Origin: Candidatus Woesearchaeota archaeon
GTDB taxonomy: Archaea; Nanobdellota; Nanobdellia; Pacearchaeales; UBA12030
NCBI GenBank assembly: GCA_964361585.1
Contig: CAYIBB010000003.1
Coordinates: 1 to 40,816 of the forward strand
Direction: 5' to 3'
Length of the DNA stretch: 40,816 nt
Part shown: piece after piece, positions 17,743 to 24,623 of the stretch
Layout of the letters: the number at the start of each line of letters is the position of its first letter
Numbering within the stretch: the stretch's first letter is position 1
Made by a program: the position numbers and the translations under genes
Notes under the pieces: generated by a model
Databases searched by the model: none
The model's input: only the letters and a program-made list of their open reading frames with translations
What the model was told of the DNA's origin: nothing

Positions 17743-18630
17743 TTAAGGTAGGCTTTCAAGATTATCACAAACTTCATTTAAAGTATCGGCCTCGTAAGGA
17801 ACTAATAGTAAGGTAGTACAACCACCAAAAGACTCATCGCAACCTTTAACTTGGCTTTTAATTTCAGTCAGGAAGGAAGCTGTACCAACACCTACACCAG
17901 CATATAAACCATAACCTGCACCGATAAGGCCTCCTGGAAGCCCACCAAAAACAAGTCCGATAAGACCCCCACTTAATGCTCCGCTTGCTCCAGCCACAAC
18001 CGTTGCTAAATCATTTTCCCATGTAATTCCTTTTAATGTAACTAATATTACTGCATAATTTTTATTAGTGCTAATTATTGGCTGTTCCGCAGTCTCAATT
18101 TTATAAGCAGCATTTTCACTATTAGTAATATATTCAAGGTAAGTGATTTCCTTTGCAGGAGTTATTGTAGAAGGAACATTATTTTGAGCTATATATTGTT
18201 CAAGACCCTTAACTTCTTTCACTTTCTTCCGGACATTTTCATCAAAACTAATTACAGAACACATAATACATCTATTAGGGGCATCTAAGTATTCTGGACC
18301 CATAAAGTCAAGCTTACCTCTCCCTAACATTTGCCAGCATGCTGCCATCTCATTAGCTATTGATTTCTTTATTACTTCTTCGCGAGAATCTTTAATTTCG
18401 ACATCTAAAGTTTTACAGGCTAAAGTGGGTAATTTTCCAGGAACCTCTTTAATAAAGAAATTTGACCTTAGTAATACAGATTGGTAGCAAGTCTCTCTAT
18501 CAATTATTTCTGGGGTCTTGAAATATTTTGCATAAATCCAGCTTCCTATAATACCAAGAGATATTATTAAAATTGTTATAGTAATTAATATTTCTGGCAA
18601 TACCTCTCCTCTTTTCTCCGGCTTTTTCAT
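17743..18630 (-). CDS. pilin-like protein with a glycine-zipper hydrophobic hairpin
   Basis: EKRG|EVLPE (E at +5); AGASGALSGGLIGLVFGGLPGGLIGAGYGLYAGVGVG. Confidence 0.8.
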   Translation of the reverse strand: MKKPEKRGEVLPEILITITILIISLGIIGSWIYAKYFKTPEIIDRETCYQSVLLRSNFFIKEVPGKLPTLACKTLDVEIKDSREEVIKKSIANEMAACWQMLGRGKLDFMGPEYLDAPNRCIMCSVISFDENVRKKVKEVKGLEQYIAQNNVPSTITPAKEITYLEYITNSENAAYKIETAEQPIISTNKNYAVILVTLKGITWENDLATVVAGASGALSGGLIGLVFGGLPGGLIGAGYGLYAGVGVGTASFLTEIKSQVKGCDESFGGCTTLLLVPYEADTLNEVCDNLESLP

Positions 18631-18770
18631 TTTAGCGTATTACGCAAAACATTTGTTAATATTAGCGCAATTAATCCAATCATGAGTAGCAGGATAATTA
18701 AAATAATTATTGTTTCTATAGCGATCTTTGCTTTTTCCTTTCCTTTGTCTCTTTCTTTAGTATCTTTCAT
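18627..18770 (-). CDS. very short pilin, 47 aa, missed by the ORF track
   Basis: Own translation MKDTKERDKGKEKA|KIAIETIIILIILLLMIGLIALILTNVLRNTLK*; E at +5; ATGA overlaps with both neighbours. Confidence 0.75.
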   Translation of the reverse strand: MKDTKERDKGKEKAKIAIETIIILIILLLMIGLIALILTNVLRNTLK

Positions 18771-18994
18771 TTCCTTAAATAAGTCATGTAGACAATATAT
18801 GCATCAATAATAAAGCCTAGTATTCCAATTATTAACAGTATGGTTAATGACCATTTTGGAAAAGATTTTTGAGTTTTGATACCCCAAATTGAAATTATTG
18901 TAATGAATGCGAAAGCGGCCATTCCAAACACATCAAAAAATTCTGCTTTAGGAAAATTAGTTCTCTTAATTGGATTGTAATTTTGTGCTTTCAT
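18767..18994 (-). CDS. small 2-TM membrane protein in the pilus operon (start moved from 19018)
   Basis: Two hydrophobic helices; translationally coupled to the downstream pilin. Confidence 0.65.
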   Translation of the reverse strand: MKAQNYNPIKRTNFPKAEFFDVFGMAAFAFITIISIWGIKTQKSFPKWSLTILLIIGILGFIIDAYIVYMTYLRK

Positions 18995-19004
18995 TCTACC
19001 TTTC

Positions 19005-21149
19005 TCAAGTAACCCCAACTTGCTGAATTGCTAATGAAGCTAAAAGTGCCAAGATGAGTATAGAAAGTAAAGCTGTAATCAGATATAAAGTCATTCCCTT
19101 AAGAAGATTATTAGCAATTTCATTCTTCTCTGTAAGTCTATCAGTTCCGCTTTCCACAACAACTATGGTAGCAGTAAGGATAAAAATAATTTCCACAAGG
19201 TAGAGGCCAACAACAATCTGTAAAAAGTAAGGCGGAATCATATCTGTTACTTTAAATAGAGAAACTACTCCAGCAGCTCCTGGAACTTCCCCTCCCTGAA
19301 GTCCTGCAAGTTGCTCTGAAAGGCGATTGATTATTAAAGTAATCATAGCCGCAAGTCCTGTTACTATGCCTGCAAGAATCGGTGCAAGGAATGCAATATT
19401 GCTCTTCATACTAATCACAACATCAGCAAGCATGTCCTTAAGGCGCTCTTCTATAGTATGAATATTTTTTGCATAAGTTGCAATGCTATTCATGGATGCT
19501 GCAGCTATTGAGAGTCCTTTCTTTGCACTCTCTACAAGAATGTGCATCGACGTCTTTATTAAAGATGAAGGATAGTATATAAGAGCCCCTCGAACTTTAT
19601 TAAAAATTGATTCTTTTACAGACATCCCATTCTGTATATTGTTATTCACAAGAGCAAAAAATTTCCCAGTGGATGTTCCATGTAACACCTGCGAGACTCG
19701 GCCGAAGGCCATCTCTGCGGGAACACCTGAATTAAGCCTATTGCCAAGCTGGAATAAAGCTGAGCTGAACTCAAGCTCAAGTTCTTTAGTTTGTCTTCTT
19801 GTTCTAATTAGTTTCTCAGTCTTCATTCTGTATGCTAACGCAAAGAAAAGTGCTATGGAAAAAACAAAAAATAAACTCAGTATTAGAGCAGGAACTCCGA
19901 AAGGTCCTATAAGTCCTGTGCCTGTCTCTGCCGCCTTGTAATCAAGAAAATTTCCAAGGAAGGGAACTGAAAAGTCTTGAAAGGCAATTGCTTCTTGAAC
20001 TCCCGGAATTAATAGTAAGAGGGGAAGCAGTCCAATAATAAAAAATGGAAATGCGATTATTGCCGCAATAAAAAATGGCTTCTTGCTCTTGAATTGCGCA
20101 TAATCTGGATTTAATTCGAGAACTTCAGCTTCTCCGTAGCCCCCTGGACGAGAAAGGAGAATTTGATATGAGAGGTAGTATACAAGGAAGGGAATTATTA
20201 TGTTAAAAAGAACAAAAATATGTTGCCATCTTACTAACCCCCCCAAAAGAGCTGAAGAGAGGGGAAGAAGTGCAAGGGCAAGTGTAGGCAACACTATGCC
20301 TAGCATGTAAATATTAGTTAAAGGGGCCTTGATATTGTGCACGTAAGAAAGCATCTTCTCATGGACACCATCGAGCATTACCTGTAAACTCCTTTCGAGA
20401 ATCTCGATTCTCCTGTGTTCATTTGTCTCATACAGCGAACTTTCGATAAGATGTATTGCTTCTACAAACTCCAGATTGTGTTTTTTCCAAGTCTCGAGGT
20501 AAGCATCAAGACTGTCTCTAATTGTGGCGTATTTTCCAACTTCTACATCCCAAAAAATCTTCCTGAGATCAAGAGATAATGGAGGCTGCAGATTTTCAGA
20601 GGCAAATTTTATTGCCAGCTCCAAGTTCGAGGTATGTTTCATGTACACAACAATATAAAGAAGTGCGGGCACAAGTTGTGAGCTCGCTTTAAGTCTCCAT
20701 TTCTTTGCAAGAATAATAGGTAGTGTATAAAAATAGTGAAATGCGAAAAGTGAAATTATTATTCCCAACATAGGAAGAAGGAAAGTAACCCTTTCTGTGA
20801 GAACAAAGTAGGCAACAAAACTACCTATAGAGAGGAAGAGACCAAGAATCATAATATTAACTGCAAAACTTATCGCCTCTGCCGGAGTTATCTGTAAATG
20901 CGCGGTTTCTATCGCATCCTGATACTTTGCTTCATCTTTCCTTGAGGGTTTAATAGTAAGGATCTTTCCAAAAAACTTACAGAAATTCTCATAAGTTGTG
21001 ATTTCCTGGAACGCCTCTTCCTTGAACTTTACATATTCCTTGCTTGGCTGTTCTATGCCAGAGGTGTCAGAATCATAGTAAATACTTTCTATTTTAGCTT
21101 CATACTTTCTAAGAATGTCCTTAACTTCTGGCTTGGGTGGGTTTGGCAT
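19005..21149 (-). CDS. type IV pilus/T2SS inner-membrane platform protein (TadB/TadC-like, duplicated GspF-type domain); start moved to MPNPP
   Basis: About 714 aa polytopic protein with two GspF-like cytoplasmic halves (SNLELAIKFA..; ALFQLGNRLNSGVPAEMAF..NGMSVKESI); lies between the ATPase and the pilins. Confidence 0.8.
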   Translation of the reverse strand: MPNPPKPEVKDILRKYEAKIESIYYDSDTSGIEQPSKEYVKFKEEAFQEITTYENFCKFFGKILTIKPSRKDEAKYQDAIETAHLQITPAEAISFAVNIMILGLFLSIGSFVAYFVLTERVTFLLPMLGIIISLFAFHYFYTLPIILAKKWRLKASSQLVPALLYIVVYMKHTSNLELAIKFASENLQPPLSLDLRKIFWDVEVGKYATIRDSLDAYLETWKKHNLEFVEAIHLIESSLYETNEHRRIEILERSLQVMLDGVHEKMLSYVHNIKAPLTNIYMLGIVLPTLALALLPLSSALLGGLVRWQHIFVLFNIIIPFLVYYLSYQILLSRPGGYGEAEVLELNPDYAQFKSKKPFFIAAIIAFPFFIIGLLPLLLLIPGVQEAIAFQDFSVPFLGNFLDYKAAETGTGLIGPFGVPALILSLFFVFSIALFFALAYRMKTEKLIRTRRQTKELELEFSSALFQLGNRLNSGVPAEMAFGRVSQVLHGTSTGKFFALVNNNIQNGMSVKESIFNKVRGALIYYPSSLIKTSMHILVESAKKGLSIAAASMNSIATYAKNIHTIEERLKDMLADVVISMKSNIAFLAPILAGIVTGLAAMITLIINRLSEQLAGLQGGEVPGAAGVVSLFKVTDMIPPYFLQIVVGLYLVEIIFILTATIVVVESGTDRLTEKNEIANNLLKGMTLYLITALLSILILALLASLAIQQVGVT

Positions 21150-21176
21150 TTTTCTCTTTTTATTTTTGAAAGAAAA
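21150..21176. repeat. 27-bp exact direct repeat, copy 1
   Basis: ttttctctttttatttttgaaagaaaa, immediately 5' of the platform-gene ATG on the minus strand. Confidence 0.8.
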
Positions 21177-21253
21177 CATAGTTAAAAAGTTTACTGGGTT
21201 TGGTTGCGGCCTTATATTTTATCGCAATAAAGTTTATATAGTATTTTTTTAGA

Positions 21254-21592
21254 TTGGGCATGGTGAGTCGAACTGATGTGTTAAAATTAATCGATACGGC
21301 TCTTCATATAATTCGTACATCTGATAAAAATTATGTCGATTTTAATTATTTGTATAACAACGTAACAAAAAAATTAGAAGATGTTAAAACAATTATGGGA
21401 ACGGTAAAGTTTACGGGTGATAGAGAAGATAAGGATAGATGGCATCATGCTCTGTATGAACTTTTAATTGCTACAAAGAATCTAGGCAGTGCATTGGCTA
21501 GTGTGCAATATGAAAGAGCTAAAAATGAGCTATCGAAAGCTCGGAATTTATTAAACCAGGCTGCAGATTTAGCAGATAAGCTTGGGTATTGA
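21254..21592 (+). CDS. hypothetical helical protein (probable ATG at 21260)
   Basis: 112 aa ORF with upstream TTTATATA; lies between the 27-bp repeats. Confidence 0.65.
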   Translation: MGMVSRTDVLKLIDTALHIIRTSDKNYVDFNYLYNNVTKKLEDVKTIMGTVKFTGDREDKDRWHHALYELLIATKNLGSALASVQYERAKNELSKARNLLNQAADLADKLGY

Positions 21593-21609
21593 TTGCTTCT
21601 AAAACTATT

Positions 21610-21693
21610 TTATCCTCTCTCCAAGATAATATGCCTCTTGTCAGGAATTAAAACCTTAACGCTTTATCCAGATTTAAGTTTTAAGCTATCTAC
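21610..21693 (-). pseudogene. C-terminal AbrB-like fragment of an antitoxin paralog, with an internal stop
   Basis: Own translation VDSLKLKSG*SVKVLIPDKRHIILERG* versus VKSINLKAGENVKVVIPDKKHIILERD in 21760-22077. Confidence 0.8.
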
Positions 21694-21714
21694 ATTTCCA
21701 TTTACCATTTACCA

Positions 21715-21741
21715 TTTTCTCTTTTTATTTTTGAAAGAAAA
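21715..21741. repeat. 27-bp exact direct repeat, copy 2
   Basis: Identical to 21150-21176 and also directly followed by an ATG on the minus strand. Confidence 0.8.
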
Positions 21742-21759
21742 AGACTTTAAATTCTTTGC

Positions 21760-22077
21760 TCAATCCCTTTCTAAAATAATATGCTTCTTATCTGGGATAA
21801 CTACTTTAACATTCTCGCCTGCCTTGAGATTAATACTTTTAACAACGTTTTTATTAAAGTAAGTTCCTAACCTATCATGAGACAGCTTTATTATCTTCTG
21901 CTCAACCTTTAGAGGGCCTGCTTTTCTTTCTAATTCTGCTACTACACGCAAGCCACTTTTTTTGTCGAATTCTATATTCCCACAATATTTGCATTCGTAG
22001 GCTATTGCCTTTCGCGTAGCTCCTTCTACTCGCACTGTTATCTTTCTCATTAAATTTTTACACTCTTTACATTTCAT
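21760..22077 (-). CDS. Zn-ribbon (YgiT/MqsA-like) plus AbrB-like protein, putative antitoxin
   Basis: MKCKEC...CKYCG Zn ribbon; C-terminal LGTYFNKNVVKSINLKAGENVKV fits the AbrB/MazE pattern. Confidence 0.65.
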   Translation of the reverse strand: MKCKECKNLMRKITVRVEGATRKAIAYECKYCGNIEFDKKSGLRVVAELERKAGPLKVEQKIIKLSHDRLGTYFNKNVVKSINLKAGENVKVVIPDKKHIILERD

Positions 22078-22292
22078 TTTCTTATTCGTTTAGCATTTAT
22101 TACTTTTAATGTGTCTCCCTCTCTCTTACAGAGAACATAAAAAGATTTTGATTTATATTCAAATATATCGCGGCCTTTTCTTTTTTTCTTCGCAGTAAAT
22201 ATAACCCTTAAAACAGCTGCCCAAGGAACATATCTCTCATGATTTCTAATATAATGTTTGCTTTTTACAACATTTAATTTCATTATAATCAA
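22074..22292 (-). CDS. small basic protein, putative DUF4258/RelE-superfamily toxin
   Basis: SKH near the N-terminus, C-terminal KVINA strand, very basic; ATGA overlap with the Zn-ribbon gene. Confidence 0.5.
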   Translation of the reverse strand: MIIMKLNVVKSKHYIRNHERYVPWAAVLRVIFTAKKKRKGRDIFEYKSKSFYVLCKREGDTLKVINAKRIRK

Positions 22293-22319
22293 TTTGACTA
22301 CAATATATAAATATTTCTA

Positions 22320-22844
22320 TTAAATTCTTTGCTTATAATCCTTTAAACTTTCTTGTCTTGTTGAATACATTTCTACCTGCTCTTTAATTCTCTCTGTAGT
22401 TTCTTCACTCCACCTTGTTGAACCTCCAGAACTTATCCAACCAACTGCCAATGCATATGCTTTTGCGTCCAAGGCTCTCACTCCTTGATCATAAAAGGAT
22501 CGTGCTTTTCTTTTATTTCCTATAGCTTCTGCTATTCTGCCACCGATTACACATATATCACTATAGAGAATAGTTTGGTCAGGAATAGCTATGTTAAAAT
22601 AATCTAATCTTGTCATTTGAAGAATATAGTGTATGTCCAGTGGATTTTTGACCAAATCTTGAATTGTTTTTAGAGCCTTTTTATATCTTCTGTTTTCAAT
22701 ATCCTCGTAAAGGTTCATAAATCTGGGAGAATTTCCAGGATTTGCATTGCTCCACTGCTCTACTATTTCAGGCAGTACAGTTCCCTCTAATAATGTGTCT
22801 ACGCTTGTTGGTGTCTTTTTCTCTCTGAATATAGTGAATCTCAT
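22320..22844 (-). CDS. hypothetical protein (possible TPR-like helices)
   Basis: 174 aa ORF; GRIAEAIGNKRKARSFYDQG is TPR-like. Confidence 0.6.
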   Translation of the reverse strand: MRFTIFREKKTPTSVDTLLEGTVLPEIVEQWSNANPGNSPRFMNLYEDIENRRYKKALKTIQDLVKNPLDIHYILQMTRLDYFNIAIPDQTILYSDICVIGGRIAEAIGNKRKARSFYDQGVRALDAKAYALAVGWISSGGSTRWSEETTERIKEQVEMYSTRQESLKDYKQRI

Positions 22845-22860
22845 TTTATTATTTTCCTAT

Positions 22861-23265
22861 TTATTTTACTTGTTTTGCCATTTTAGTCTCTTTCGTATTT
22901 TTTAGCAAGTCCTTTGCGCCAATCATCTTTTCAGCGATTAGTGCCCCACAAAATGCTCTGCCATTCGCTAGTTCTTTAATCATATTAAATGGAATCCCTT
23001 CTAAAGTGGATTGTGAAAATGTCCACACAAGTTTTTCTAACTCTTCGATTCCTTCTCTAGTAAGAACATCTACACCATCAACAGTATTGTAATACGTAGT
23101 TTTATTTGGACCATTTAATAAGTAACTCTCTGCAGCGTTTAGATACTCTAGAGTTTTTCGTTCAAGATCGTAGCTTCTTAATTTCTCTTCATTTCTGAGT
23201 TTTTCTCGTTCTGCGTCCAATCTTCTTTGGTATCTTCTTTCAAAATATTGTTTGACGAATTTCAT
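22861..23265 (-). CDS. hypothetical protein
   Basis: 134 aa ORF with AGGAGG RBS. Confidence 0.65.
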   Translation of the reverse strand: MKFVKQYFERRYQRRLDAEREKLRNEEKLRSYDLERKTLEYLNAAESYLLNGPNKTTYYNTVDGVDVLTREGIEELEKLVWTFSQSTLEGIPFNMIKELANGRAFCGALIAEKMIGAKDLLKNTKETKMAKQVK

Positions 23266-23396
23266 TTTATTATCCTCCTATTTGATTTTGTTTTGTTTTT
23301 ATTACTTATAGATAGTAATTATAGTATATTAATATTTCCCTATAATTTTTGTTTAAAACGCAAGATTTAAATAGTTTTATGTATTAATAACCTAAA

Positions 23397-24368
23397 ATGG
23401 TTAAATTAGATCTAAAAGATAGAAAAATTCTGTACGAACTAGATAGAAATGCAAGACAAAGCAACTCAGAAATAGCCAAAAAGGTAAGGCTTAACAAGAA
23501 TACTGTTAATTTTAGAATTAATAGAATGGAAAAAGAAAAGGTGATTTTAGGCTATTATACTGTTATCGATAACTCAAAACTAGGCTACTTTAGTTTTAGG
23601 GTTTACCTTAAATATTTTAATACAAAGGCAGAAGATGAAAAGAGAATCGTAGACTGGCTAAAAGATCATAAAAAAGTTGGCGTTCTTGGAAAAATAGAAA
23701 CCGTCTATGATTTGGCCTTTCATGTATTGGTCAAAAACATATATGAGTTTGATGAGTTCTGGCTTGAATTTAAGAAAAAATTTAGAGAGTATTTTTGGAA
23801 TGAGAAGGTACATGTTTTTTCTAGCGTATACCATTTCAAAAGAAGGTATCTTTTAAAGGAAATCCAAGAATACCAAAAAGAAATAAGCGAGTATGAATTT
23901 ATCGGAAAAGCTATGGAAAAACCAATAAAACACGATACATTAGACCTTAACATCTTAAAGTTAATTTCCAAAAATGCAAGAATGCCAGTTATTGAAATGT
24001 CTAAGAAATTAAAGATTCCAGAAAGAACTGTTGCCTTTAGGATAAAACAATTAGAAAAGAACAAGATAATATTGGGCTATAGAGTAAATTTAAATCTTGA
24101 AAAAATTGGCTATGAGTATTATAAAATTAATATTATCTTGAACGATTTTCAAAAATATGGTGAGTTGTTAAATTTTGCGAAGCCTCATGTTAATATTATT
24201 TATATTGACAGAACATTAACAGAATTAGATTTCGAAATAGATGTTGAAATTGAAAATAGAAAAGAATTATTAAAACTGTTAGATGAGATAAAAATAAGTT
24301 TTAATGTAAGAGATATGGAACTTCTTCTCTATAAGGAATATTATAAAATTGAGTTAGTGCCGCAATAG
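23397..24368 (+). CDS. Lrp/AsnC family transcriptional regulator, tandem double domain
   Basis: Two wHTH repeats: LDLKDRKILYELDRNARQSNSEIAKKV and DTLDLNILKLISKNARMPVIEMSKKL. Confidence 0.9.
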   Translation: MVKLDLKDRKILYELDRNARQSNSEIAKKVRLNKNTVNFRINRMEKEKVILGYYTVIDNSKLGYFSFRVYLKYFNTKAEDEKRIVDWLKDHKKVGVLGKIETVYDLAFHVLVKNIYEFDEFWLEFKKKFREYFWNEKVHVFSSVYHFKRRYLLKEIQEYQKEISEYEFIGKAMEKPIKHDTLDLNILKLISKNARMPVIEMSKKLKIPERTVAFRIKQLEKNKIILGYRVNLNLEKIGYEYYKINIILNDFQKYGELLNFAKPHVNIIYIDRTLTELDFEIDVEIENRKELLKLLDEIKISFNVRDMELLLYKEYYKIELVPQ

Positions 24369-24577
24369 TTTGTCTTAATCTTTTGTAGCTTTATAATCTT
24401 CTGCTCAACTTTCAGTGGACCTGATTTTCTTTCTAGTTCTGCAACTACTCTCAAACCACTTTTTCTATTGAAAATAAAATTTCCACAGCGACATTGCCAA
24501 CTCATTATTTTGTTTCTAGCACCTTCTACAGAGACCTTTACTTTTTTCATTAATGAACAACACTCAGCACATTTCAT
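24341..24577 (-). pseudogene. N-terminal part of a truncated paralog of the Zn-ribbon/AbrB protein
   Basis: Similar to 21760-22077 up to KSGLRVVAELERKxGPLKVEQKIIKL (about 24386), then unrelated sequence overlapping the Lrp gene end. Confidence 0.75.
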
Positions 24578-24623
24578 TTTCTTCTCTTTGTATTAATAAT
24601 TTTTAATTTTCTATCTTCAATAC

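Noticed and set aside
21593-21862. 89-aa plus-strand ORF with an internal repeat (LSKIICxLSGI)
   Set aside because: The repeat is the antisense image of the duplicated antitoxin C-terminus on the minus strand
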